A DNA stretch of 35,518 bases from Catajapyx aquilonaris (Eukaryota): contig KZ538223.1 of assembly GCA_000934665.2 (NCBI GenBank), positions 62,001 through 97,518 of the forward strand, read 5' to 3'. A program made the translations under genes and the position numbers. Below the pieces are notes generated by a model. It searched no databases. It saw only the letters and a list, made by a program, of their open reading frames with translations, and was not told the origin of the DNA. Each line of letters starts with the position of its first letter. The stretch's first letter is position 1. Shown here one piece after another: positions 11,398 to 23,824 of the stretch.

Positions 11398-14304
11398 GGT
11401 TGTCCTGCTGCAAAAAAAATCACAAAAAATTTTAAGCAAACATTTCAGTATACACGATTACCTATTAATAGTATCAAAAACCAATATAAATATTTCTGGA
11501 ATCGTTTTACCCCAATGAGGAAGTCACTGATGGAGGAAACGTATAAAAAAGTTTTGCGACATTTAAAAAAAATGTTTCTCCTTTTTGCAAGTCTTGAATA
11601 ATAATCACACAGATTTTGCTGCGCAGAATGGTTAAATCCGAGCATAAATTGCTGGGTATTAATAATAGAAAGCGGAGAGAAAGGACGTTCCCAAGATACT
11701 AGAAGCACATGGACGAAGTTTTTTTTTTCATCCCGATTTTTTAAAATGTCTTCAGCGAAGCGGAATGACCGTAACTTGCTGTGTATGATTTCACCCGCTC
11801 GTCTCAGTCATTTGTCAGTTCCATCAAAAATATTTCAACCAGAACAGACAGGAATTTGTTGCGAAAATGGATTCGCAAATTGACGCCTTTGCGGACATGA
11901 CCCTTTCGAAAAACCGGTAAAAGAAAATCGCGACCGTAACCTTCTATCTGGTCAAGGTCATCATGATTACAAACTGTGAGAGCGAAATGACCTAATTAAT
12001 AACCCTCCATTAATTAATGCTGAATTTATATATTAAAATCCTGATTCAATTGCGCAGCAGGATTAATAATTTACATATAAATAACCGGATTGACAATACT
12101 GTAGTTGTTGTGTGACGCGCGGGAAAGTTCAAGTACAGTTTAGGACATTGATATCATAACCTTATCCCAATTGCGTTATAATCTGAAGGTTATTTGTGTT
12201 TAACTGGTTCTTGGATTTTGTCCAGGATCATCCGTCGTTGTCCTTGATAATTACAAGGAAAACAGACAAGATGCAAGAATTATTAAACATCTTTCATTAG
12301 TATATCCAGTAAACAAACATTCTAAATAGTGCGCAAGTAAAATATGTCACGAGCACCCCCCCCCCCTCCCAAATATTCAATAAGCATTAAAATTAATTTT
12401 TAAGAGTGTGCTACAAGCTCATGCCATTAACCTTGATAGTAACAGTTTGCTAAGTGATGGAAGAACAGCCGTGGCACATTTTAACCTTCTCATTCTAAGT
12501 TAGTATGTAGCAATGAAGCAACACTTAGGTACTAACTGTAAGTGTTAGAAAAATTTGCACAGTAATGATGACCCCGAAACTTGTCTTTAAAAATGCAGCT
12601 AACTCATCTCAATACCAATGAGTCATCGTCAAAAAATATTCTGCCATCGTCAATTTTGCCATAAAAATTACCAATAATTATTATAAAAGCTGAAGCATCA
12701 ATTTTTTCAACCAACTGGAAAGATATTCCTCTCTGGACAGGTTGGCAGCCATGTTATTTTAATCATTTAGATTTAAAACTGTTCGCAATGTTCCCAAATG
12801 ACACTTCTGACCTAGAACTCAACCTACAGTTACTTCTTCATGATGACTTCTTCTCACCCAATTTGTAGGGAACAAAAGAAATCGCTCTAAAACGTGGCAA
12901 TCAGCGCATCGCACATGAGTAATGTTCAATGAGAGCAGTGAATGTATCATCATTATCATCACTGTTGTTGTTTATTATTATCATTTTTTATTACTTCCTT
13001 ATGACGGATAATTTAAAAAACATTGCGCATGTTATTGTGGGGTGTGTTCTGATTGCTTGCAAAAAAAAAAATCTTCCGTACGTATAACTGTCGAATCATT
13101 CCTCAAAGTACATACTTTTTTCATGACTCGACATATTACTCACGATCGTAAGAATAGCACAAAATACATCATTGCGGAATCAAATTAAAATTGCAGACGT
13201 AATGAGAGAAAAAATGGACCATAATGTCAAACTACGCTACGTACTGTTGCAATAATGTGTGCAATGATCGTGCTGCAATTTCAATAAAAATTTTCCCCCA
13301 AGACCATGCTTTCTATTGACCTTCAGATCATTCCATGCAACTTATTTAACGAGCAGTTAAGCAAACTACCATTAACATTTAACGACTCTTTATGAAACTA
13401 GCTGCAAGCTCTATGTCAATGCATTTCCAGTTTCCCCACCATAAAAAATATAACCTTCAGTGTTCTAAAGTGTATGTGACTGATGGGAATGTCCCAGGTT
13501 TGAACTGTGCATATTGTTGACGTAACATGCCCGAGGCGATCTTCAGATGATGAGAGAGAAAGCGGTAAGAACGAGATAAGTGGCACGGATGTTGGGAGCT
13601 TTTAGATTATATGTAGGACAGAGACCATATAGGAATGTCGGCATCATCACCATTATAAAAAAAGCATTTAAAAGGAGCAGGTTTTTAGATATGCTTCCTT
13701 GAGAAAGGAGCGTGTTATGTGGTATCCCCCCCTCGCACTGTATAGGCCTATACCCGTTATGTGGACACGTGTCATCGAGCACGTATTATTTTTGGAACAG
13801 AAAGTAACGGTGAATGCTCACAGCAGAGAAATGCACAGTATCTTTGATCAGTATCAAAAATTTGCTGGCGTAATCGCAGTAACATTAGCGCACATTTTTT
13901 GCGCGACATTTACAGTACAAGCCGTTACAAGTGAGGCAAAAAAAACCCCGCAAAGACTTACATAACCAGTGATTAAATAAATTCAATATTAATTCCCATT
14001 CTTATTGTCCTAAAGTATGTGCGAGAAAAATCTTGCTAATATTTAACTACATCTTTCATTATGCCAGTGATTAAATAAATTCAAGATTAATTCCCACTCT
14101 AGTTATGTGATATGCCCATCCTATAAATTATATGGAAGAAAATCCTGCCAATATTTAATGATTTTTTTGTTGCAAATTTTGATTGATCAGTTTATTACCA
14201 ACTTCTGGCGATATCAGAAAATGATTTTTGAATTGCTGTTCTTGGAATGTGTACATACGACAAGTGAAATTAATCCTGAAGAAATAAGTAGGCGTAGCAC
14301 TTAC

Positions 14305-14540
14305 TTGATCTGACTTCCACACACACACAAAAAAAAATTAAACAGGTTTCACTTTTTTCCTCACTCAGTCCGGTTTAATATGACCAAAATGTCTGCAGGA
14401 CCAGCAAGTGCGGTACTGAATAATATCGCGTGTACTGTCCTGTACATATATAATATTCTTCCTGTGCTCCTGGCGAGAGACAGGCGAATCCTTCAGGGGA
14501 ACAATACTGACAGTTTTGTGACGACTGCGATCCGTTATAA
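14305..14540 (-). promoter_or_regulatory. Candidate desaturase core promoter and non-coding first exon
   Basis: Minus strand: TATAA starting 14539, TCAGTA initiator with A at 14508 (31 nt spacing), strong donor AA|GTAAGT at 14304. The ATG exon is preceded by an acceptor TTTTTTTTGCAGCAG (tandem AGs at 11405-11410), so an upstream exon is expected. Inference only. Confidence 0.45.
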
Positions 14541-16029
14541 GACCACTTCTTCAGGGGGTGGAGTTTTTCTTCCTACGAAAGAAACGTAGAAGTGACGAAA
14601 TACTCTTTTTTTTTTGCTACCGGTGTGTATAGGAGGGAACTTGAATGGCCAGAATGGAAAGGGGCACTGGAGGGTGAGGACTGGCCCACGCCCCACGGGG
14701 ATTTTTATCACCCAATGAGAAAAAAAAATTAGTAATGAAACGTCATATAGTAAACCTTCTTTTTGATGGGAAATCCTGAATTGGCTTAGTGCAATATATT
14801 TTTTGAGTAAAAAAAATGTATAGTATACGAACTGTTAACTATTGCATGTGTATAGGGTAATACCGTGTGTTGATGTTGATTAAAAACGTTTGTGACGCGT
14901 ACAGTGGCCTACCTCACTAGTGTAACTGCTGATTATGAGTTAGTTTCGTGACAAAAACATTTGAAAACACGCCCTGCTATTTCGTGCTTGCTTGTAACGG
15001 TTCAGGTGATTCTGATAAAGCTAACTTCCTACTTAATAATAATAGTGCATAAATTTAAACAGGATTGTGTCGAGATAAGAGTATCTATATGCAGCATAAT
15101 TATTTATGACAGCATAATTGACTTTATTAATTGGCTTTATAGAAGTAGAAAAGTATTATTAGCAGACCCATTGTTGAATAATGGAAAGCATGCATCACAG
15201 TTGAGCGAGTTACAAAATGCTAATATTGTTGTAAACAAAAATGTGTATTTTATCGTAAATTATCCTGCAAAATATTTTTGCACTAAAGCAAGTATGCTAG
15301 ATCTTAATTTACCATCACTTTCTCAGATCTCTCGTCTGGCCAGAATAAATATAGCTTTTTTTTTAACAGAGTGCAAAAAGTATAAGAATATATTAAATAA
15401 TTGCTCACTGTGTAAGATATATCATGCTTACTATTTTCTCCACAATTTTTCAAATTAAATCCGGGCTTACGCCCATCATAGCTTATTTATTTAAAATTAT
15501 AGTGTTTTAGTAAGATATATTCAAAAATGAAAAGCCTTTGGGATAATAATTATTCTTGTATAGTCCTACTCAATTATTTTTCTAACAACTTAATAATATT
15601 CTACCGATTCGGGTATAGCATCTCACAAGGTCGTCATGTTTGATTCAGTTTGATTGCAGAATTTGCCAAAAATATGGAATAATATTGCATCAAGTCAAGA
15701 ACAAGATTAATATGGCAAAGCTAAGTTATTCAGTAATTTATTTATTTTCACTTGCCGGTACTTTTATAATACCATTCGTTGATTTCCCAATTTCGTTGAT
15801 TTCGTTGATTTACCTCTTTATGAATATCTTCACAGATTCAATTATTAATTATTAATTTAAGAAATAATTCCAGACACATTTGCATGGAAAATTATGCTTT
15901 TGTGTTTACTCCTGAATAGAAAAGTTTTTTTCGCATTTTGATACTAAAACATCAGGCTAAAATCAATTAAAATGTGTAACTAATATTTGACCCTCAGTTT
16001 CATCTGCAAGCTTACACTACATAACATAC

Positions 16030-16126
16030 CTTAGTAAAGAGTTACCGCTTCGGACTTCATCTGATACTCACTTCTTGAAGAGTACTGCATGATCGAACTT
16101 TCTGTATACGCGCAGGCCTTTATATA
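16030..16126 (-). promoter_or_regulatory. Second candidate TATA promoter and short non-coding exon upstream of the desaturase
   Basis: Minus strand: TATATAAA (16126-16119), Inr-like TCA/GCAGT ~36-40 nt downstream (longer than ideal), donors AA|GTGAGT and AAG|GTATGT within 100 nt. Confidence 0.3.
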
Positions 16127-19100
16127 GTAATTATATAACTTATATCTGCGTGAATCATCCTATGGTTTACAAATTCTCACAGGGATATTTTTCTTGCGTG
16201 ATAATTCAAAAACAAAAAGCAAAATAATGAAGGCCATGTTTCTAGGAGTTAAACCGGGCGTGGTGTTACGCAAAATATCATCATTAATTTATAAATTCAT
16301 GGGCAGACTTGCGAGAAAAATACTGTAGTATCATCACGAAAAGTCATTAAGTTAAAAATATTGAGTTGCATGCCCACATAATTATGCGAAGTAAAGAACA
16401 GCAATCTGAAATCAGTAAATTTATTATTTTATGAATTTTGTTAATATAAGTTAAGATTAATAATTGTGGAGATCTATTGATAATATAACCAGACAAGTTT
16501 AGTAAGTAATGTGTTATTAATATTATTGTGTAATGATGTGTCAGTAAGGAAAGGCATTGTTTTTCTTATTTTTAATAATTTTTCTAGCTTTCTGTTTCAC
16601 ATCATCCTAATGAAGCATGTAAAATTTTAAATGTTTTATTTATCAGGAAAAAGTAAACACATGTTCAAAATCATATTCATTTGAGTACGACATTTAAAGC
16701 AATGCAGTTGGCTATACACGGTTTTATAATTCGTTCGGGGTAAGTTGATATGTGTATGATCATGACATAACATTTCATTAGATAATAAGTGGAGTAATTA
16801 GACTTGCATGTAGATTGATATCCGAAATCACGTACATAGGAAGTGTAACTACATGATGATATACTATCGTACGAATAATAATCTGAAAATTGCGGATAAT
16901 GAAAGTTCACGCTATTATTTGGTGGCCTTGTAAGTATACTGTATACATGCTCATTGCATTATGTTTGAGACGGAATAAAACGTAGTTTCTCTTTTCTTGC
17001 ATGAAAATTAATTTAAATTTTTGAAAGCATTATTTCCAGGATAATTTGACGATGTCGTCAATTATTGATAATGTGACGATTATAGCTTCAATTTATCATT
17101 ACTACTGCAGTAGGAGGTGCATCTCAATCAGGGGATGACCTCAATTAAAAAAATTTTGATTTCTATATATATGTTTATGATACGCTTCACTTAATTTATC
17201 ACTTGTTTAAATACACTTCTGAGTAATTTTAACAATGGCATAAGACAAACTAATTACTTATACTAAAATCTTGCAGTTCACATCAGTTTATTAATACGAA
17301 ACTTGGAGTATAGGATCATCAATTAACCTTGCTACATCATTCTGGTTGCTGACTAGAAGCAAGTGCGCTTAATTTATCAAGCACGACGGAATACGTGCAC
17401 CTTCTGTAATGAAAAGTTCCCATGAAAGTAACACTTCACATCATGCATGCAAAGTAGCGAAGAGTAATTGCCGGTAATTACCTCTGCACACTTAAAAAAA
17501 ACCTGATATACGTTACATTCTGTCTATAGAATCCTATAGATTATACTGTAACAATCATGCTGCTTTTTTCGATTGATTTTAATACGATACCCGTAAGTTT
17601 ATTATTAGTTTTTCGTCTTCGTTACACCGACGCATATTAAAATATGATTAACTGAAACCTTATAGGAAAAGTCACAATTTGTTATATATGTAGAGAATAC
17701 TAGGGAAAACCATCGCTTCGGTCACATTTTTCTATGGCGCAGTCGTAGAAATACACTAGCTTATCTCGCGTTTTTCTAGGCCTGTGGCTTGCGGTGGACA
17801 CCCTATTTTATTAAGATTTATAGCCCCTGATGATGCCCATATAGAAGATGTCATACCGGTAAATGCGAATAAACATGTTTATATCGGAATATATTTCACA
17901 ATAGAGAGGTACTAGCATAATGTAATAAATCACAAAAAAGCCTATTAATGCGATCAAATTATTGTATTTTCCCTGTGGATAATAACAGTAATTGAAGAAC
18001 CAAACAAATTACAGTAGCCACAACACACATTATTGTCATCAAATAGGCAGCCTTGAATGCTAGACAAAGTCGGACAGAGACAAAGAAATTTATATTTACA
18101 TTTTTACAAAAATATCCCCAGTCACGCTCAACGATTTGTCCCAGAGTTCACAGCCGCCTTTTGGCCGAATTTGTCTGGCGGCCAACGGAACTAGTTATTA
18201 CCAGCACTGGTTTCAACTGGTTACGCGCAATTTTTAACATGATGAGGAGACCTTGGACACTTAATTACGAATCATACAAGCTTGAGGAACTCACAATTTT
18301 GGAGAGAGAAAAAGTTCATGGCAGTGCTAATTAAAAATATGGACCTGCACAAAAAAGTGTAGAGTCAAATTTAGCAAATTTTCTCTTGAATTTTTCATCT
18401 TGCAATATTTTTATTGAAATCTGGCAATGTTAGATTATTCCCACAATTTTGTACATACTTGCTAAAATAAATATTTCTAACCATGATTTGGCATTGTCCA
18501 GATCATGAATTATTTCTGTCACGACTTATAGTAAATAAAAAAATTATATTTATGTTAATAAAACTTGTTCAAGGTTCTCAAGAAGGAGCAATGAAGATTT
18601 GATTTAATTTAAAACTATTTCCAAGATTTCAAAGTATCGTACAGTACAAGACAGCCAAATTCTGTGTGTATAAAAACGTGTGAAGTCTAGAGCGTAAAAT
18701 ATAAAAATTTGCACACAATATTCCGGAAGACTTCCGGCGACTCATTGTCTGTGCGTGGGTGTAAATGGCACTGACTACAGGGCCATGAGACAACCTGGTG
18801 CAAAAAAATGGCACCCTGGGAGTCAACCTTGGTTCCAATTGGTGCCATTGCCAAAAACCGGTAATAGCAAAGAGGAAGGATAATTGTTCAGTACTTGCGA
18901 AAAAAAAATTATTGGAGGACAATATTATGACCGTGTAGCATGTTAGATAATTTTTTTTAAACTCCTCAAAAGGGCACGGATGTAAATCATGTTGTCTCAT
19001 GACTTCATGACGTAGTCTGATCAGTGTAGTGTTATAGTTCAAGAGAAACATGTTGGAATCAACAATCACATTCACTTTCACTATTTTCAGTACACTTGCT

Positions 19101-19634
19101 TCCATTTTCCTTAAAGCAGTTTCTGGGGCAAACAATCTTCTGTATATTTGGGCCAACCGCTATTGAGCAACAGAATAATTGAGGATTAAATATAATAATT
19201 TGAACAAGATTAGTGGAAAATGTGGCCGGATTTTACGAGTGCATGTCTTACGGCTTCATGTTTTATGAGAGTCGCGTCGCCTCTCCTTCTACTGGAATTT
19301 TAAAAGTGTTTTTTGTCTGTTTTTTTTTGCATCATTGCGAAATGTACGAGTAATTGCGCAGGTTAGGTCATTCGGTCGGGTTCCCTTGGAATTATTGTTG
19401 CTATGGCTCATCACAGATAGGAATAATTATCTTGTCCCGCATGTGATCTTTCGTAATACTATGTACGAGAATGTATACAGGTATTTTGCCTCATAATTTT
19501 ACTGCATAAAAAAGGGAAGTGACGGCAAAACAACTATTGCACAATAAATTCGCCGACATGTAATTTCAGTAACATGTTGCAGGCTTTTTAACATGTGTTG
19601 CAGCTTACAGGCAAATCACAAAAATATTTTGGCA

Positions 19635-20130
19635 ATAAATAAATAAATTAATTAATTAATTAATTAAAAAGACGAATAAATAATAATAATAATAACAATA
19701 ATAAGTAACAATAAATGATAATAATAAATAATAAATAATAAATAATAAATGATAATAATAAATAATAAATGATAAATGATAATAATAAATAATAAATAAT
19801 AAATGATAATAATAAATAATAAATAATAAATAATAATAAATAATTAATAATAAATAATAAGTGATAAATGATAATAATAAATAATAATAAATAATAAATA
19901 ATAATAAATAATAAATAATAATAAATAATAATAATAATAAATAATAAATAATAATAAATAATAATAATAATAATAAATAATAAATAAGTACACAATAATG
20001 AATTAACAATAAATAATGATAAATAATAATAACAATAAATAATAAATAATAAATAATAATGATGATGATGATGATGATGATGAATTGACAATAAAAATAA
20101 TAATAATGAATTAACAATAATTAATAAACA
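19635..20130. repeat. Compound microsatellite/low-complexity tract (AAT)n/(AAAT)n/(GAT)n
   Basis: Seen directly; it explains the poly-I/Y ORFs in the track. Short (ATGA)n and (TTTA)n runs follow at ~20195-20325. Confidence 0.95.
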
Positions 20131-20946
20131 ATATCAACAAACGATATGTAAATAAGTAAGTGAAAAATAATAAATTAACAATAAATTAATTGATGAATGA
20201 ATGAATGAATGAATGTATGTATGAATGAATGAATGGTTTTGCAGAATGATAAGCGTAATCGAATCAAACCTATCATTGATGTTATTAATCCTCATTTATT
20301 TATTTATTTATTTATTTATTTATTTGCCTCTTCCTATAGAAGCCCACACGTTCTTTCTGTGGTGTGAGTTATGTCCTTCACATTCGCGCTCGAGCCGCAA
20401 CAGAAGCATTGCGCGAAGTTGAAAGCATGTGATTAAATGAGATATGAATCTTAACTTTCATGATCTTTAAAAACACGCAACTACTCACGGTGGCGTGAGA
20501 TTGAAGTAGGAAATAAATTCAGAAATGGTTTTTTTGCACTGGTGGTGTCTACATTATTTTGCTTCCGAAACGCAAATATTTAAATTATTGTGGATACACT
20601 TAGAAATAGCCTCCGAAACTTTGCATGCAAACATGTAGACGTATATTAGGCTTGAGAGAAAGGGTGTGCAGGGTTCATATTCTAATATTGAAATTTTCAG
20701 AGTTACAGGCTACAAGGTTGGCTATTAATAAAAATGAGCAGATGCATCGCATGTGGTCTTCACAATAATAATAATAATAATAATGTAAAATACAATATGG
20801 TCTTGGCAGATTACGATGAAAATGATGATGATAACACCGACTTGTGGTCAAAAGCTTTAATATCGTTAGGAGGACTTCTGAAAAAATCGTAGTAATTTCA
20901 TTACTGTATTGTGGTTGTGTGAAATGTAATTTTCTTCTTACCTTAA

Positions 20947-21416
20947 CCCTTAACTACGTAGGTGGGCGAAACACCTTTAACTACGTAGGTGGAGCCTGAG
21001 AGGCTCCAACGGTATATTTAAATTTTTGCTTATCAACTAAATTGTTATATTGGACTTTTCACATACAGAAAGTGCAGTTCAGATCATTAGGCTTCCGATA
21101 ACGTAAAAATCACACGCTGAGTCAGCATATTCTGACAGGGAAAAATGTTTAATTAAAAGGTTACATCAACAACTTCGAGCTGCTCTGGCTTCACCTGCAT
21201 AGGGATAGCCTGAGTGGTTAGAGGGACCTGTTCCTCGTTACGAATTTTTTTAAACCAAAGAATAGGGACTAAAAATTTTTTTCTTTCATTTTCATGCTTA
21301 GGAAGGTTTTTCTGACAAAGTCACGGAAGGAGAGTGGAAAATAAAATTCAATGAAAAAGTTACATGCGTTTAAATAGTGCTTGGAGCCTCTCAGGCTCCA
21401 CCTACGTAGTTAAGGG
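20947..21416. mobile_element. piggyBac-type non-autonomous element (MITE), 470 bp
   Basis: Seen: TTAA TSDs (20943-20946, 21417-21420) and TIRs CCCTTAACTACGTAGGTGG / CCACCTACGTAGTTAAGGG. The left TIR is duplicated internally, with the longer match ...GGAGCCTGAGAGGCTCCAA from ~20974. CCC termini plus a TTAA TSD are piggyBac hallmarks. Confidence 0.88.
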
Positions 21417-21548
21417 TTAAGATCGTGCATCAGGTATATTGCTGACTTTTGTGCAGTTGGGACTGTTCTAATGCTGAATGCATTTTACAGTGTATCATGT
21501 TACATTGAGGGTGCGTAGGCATGTTTGAAAATCTTTATTAAAGTAGTT

Positions 21549-23272
21549 GGCTGGTTCCATTATAATTCAGACAGAGGGTGTCCAGTCATGGTCTTCGATT
21601 TTTTTTTGAAAAAAAATAATATGTGAAACCCACATCCAATTGAACTTTGATGGAGCAATCCGTTTTACGACATTAAATTTAGTTATCGAGATATTAATAT
21701 TTCTTTCAAGGGGTACCAAAATAACCTTCACGGGAAGGTGCACTTTTTCCACTGCTTTCAATGAGTATATTTCCGGAACCGTTTGGAAAACCAATATGAA
21801 ATTTTAAACTCGTGCTTCTGGAACAATGCACTGTTATGTAATGCATACATTTACCTTATTTAATGGTACATTCACCTTCAGAAAAATCTCCAATCTTGCT
21901 TATTTTGGTCTTAATGCGCATATTACGCAATTTAAACGTGTTAGCTCCGTGTGTAGTTGAGATATGCGAGGCGAAAATATGGCAACAAGCGAAAAACATG
22001 CATATTTCAAAAATTATTTTCTCAAAAACCCCATTTGTTTTATTTTATTTTATTTTTTATTTTACACGGACAGACAGGTTATAAAATAGGGTAGTGTCAA
22101 AACCCGGTGCATATTTTATGCAAGTGAGATACCATTTTTTTTCTTCAGATAACAACTTTCGTCTGTGCTACAATATAGCACACTTCAAATAAATATTTTC
22201 TCGAAGAAGCCATTTGAAATATTTCATCGTTATTTTTTGTGTAACAAAGTAGCATGAGTTCTATTATAAAATTATATCAAAATTCGGTATATACAATGCT
22301 GTAATTTACTGGTACAGTCATCTTCAAAAAAATCGCAAAAGTGCTTGTTTTGCTGGAAATTCACTTAGTAGGCTGCGAAATTTATTATGGAGTTATTATT
22401 AAAGTTATACAAATGAAACCAATTATGTACAACGTAGTTGAAGGGCATGTTGTAGGGACAAAATAATATCATTAATATCTGCATTCAAAGAAGAGATACA
22501 CCTGGTCAAAGTATGGTGGGGAGGTGTGGTGGCCGTGATGGTAACGTATTGGCTTGCTGTGTGAAAGGCCCCAGGTTCGATCCCCGCCTGGGGAACCTTC
22601 CTTTCACCTGCGTCAGGAGGGTCTCTGACCTGCACCAAGGAGGTGTCTGGCAACCTAACCTCCTGGGGGACAGCACATGACCCGTTTTCAGACGTGCACC
22701 TTGCACCCATGTTCCCTCCCCGAAAATCCCTATCCTTACCTCTTGTCCTTTCATCCTTGCACCGGTGTTAGAAGAAAATAATAAGAAAATTGAAGGAAAA
22801 ATGGTGGTAATCCACCCCCCAAAAAGGGCCCATGGCCCTAGCACGGGGTAACGTAAAAAAAAGTATGGTCATATGAGAAACGTGCCTGAAAAATACATTT
22901 TTAAACTCAAAAATGCCATTTTTTATTTATTTTATTTTATTTTCATTTGTGTAGAATGATAATGACGCTCTATTACAAAAGATGCAGATATTTTGAAGGG
23001 ACTTGTTCCGCCTCGACTAGAATGTCCCCAAATCCAGCCTTTTCGCACCTCCTTGTGATTTCCTTCAATGACGAAATTTGCCGACCCCGCCTTACGACAG
23101 CCAGCCCTTTGGTACCCCTTAAATGAAATATTAATATCTAGATAACTAAATTTAATGTCGTAAAACGGATTGCTCCATAAAAGTTCAATGCGATGTGGGT
23201 TTCACTTTTTTTTTCAAAAAAATCGAAGACCATGACTGGACACCCTCTGTCTGAATTGAAATGGAACCAGCC
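21549..23272. mobile_element. Non-autonomous DNA transposon with ~170-bp TIRs and a 4-bp AGTT TSD (superfamily unassigned)
   Basis: Seen: 21549-21720 is the imperfect reverse complement of 23108-23272 (GGCTGGTTCCAT...ATGGAACCAGCC); AGTT at 21545-21548 and 23273-23276. Paralogous empty sites (TTTATTAAGAGTTAC) at ~26885, ~30485 and ~33585. No transposase ORF. Confidence 0.88.
22518..22859 (+). mobile_element. tRNA-derived SINE (family 2), nested in the long-TIR element
   Basis: Seen: A-box-like TGGCCGTGATGG, B-box GGTTCGATCCC, A-rich tail, 10-bp TSD AAAGTATGGT (22508-22517, 22860-22869). Homologous copy at 33206-33552. Confidence 0.9.
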
Positions 23273-23824
23273 AGTTAGAGACAAAAACGCGTAAGATACA
23301 ATACAAATTCAGAATATTATAATAATGATGGTAAATTGTGCGATAATACAACATGTCTACTGTATACCGTGGAGTGTATTTACTACAAAAAATTATAAAT
23401 CTATGTAATCAGTTTTTCCAATAGTAATAGTGCCAAAGGAAAAATACGCCATAACACTCATATGTTAAGTAAAAGTTGTAAAACACTCTACAATTACGGT
23501 GTTATTAGCGGACGTATGTAGACATGAAATGCAGTACGATCAGAGTCACACATTGGTCGAAATTGAAATATTCACTGGGCAGGATTGTGCTAAGCTCGGA
23601 TTATGATGGTCAAGTCACTTTTCTACTAGAGCAATAATCAAAGTGCCACAGATAAAAATGTTAGAGAAATCTTGCACAAGGGGAAAACCACAAGCTAGTT
23701 CCCAGTGTTGGCATTCAGAATTGAAATAAAAACGATCAGTGCCATAAAGAAAGAAGAACTAACATACATATATTCTACCAGAGCTATCAGAGGGAACGCG
23801 ACAATATTATTTTCAGCAAATAAT

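Noticed and set aside
13966..14100. 37-bp direct repeat (13966-14002, 14064-14100)
   Set aside because: Only two copies of an AT-rich local duplication, with no evident function.
14961..15458. 165-aa ORF
   Set aside because: TTG start, AT-rich, no recognisable motif or splice support.
18629..19156. 175-aa ORF, possibly decayed transposon sequence
   Set aside because: No recognisable domain. A TIR-like end at ~19222-19243 resembles motifs at ~962 and ~1788, but no paired terminus or TSD could be found.
19656..20117. ORFs rich in I/Y/L/H
   Set aside because: Translation artefacts of the (AAT)n microsatellite.
22423..22844. ORFs similar to 33178-33504
   Set aside because: Antisense translations of two copies of the same SINE.
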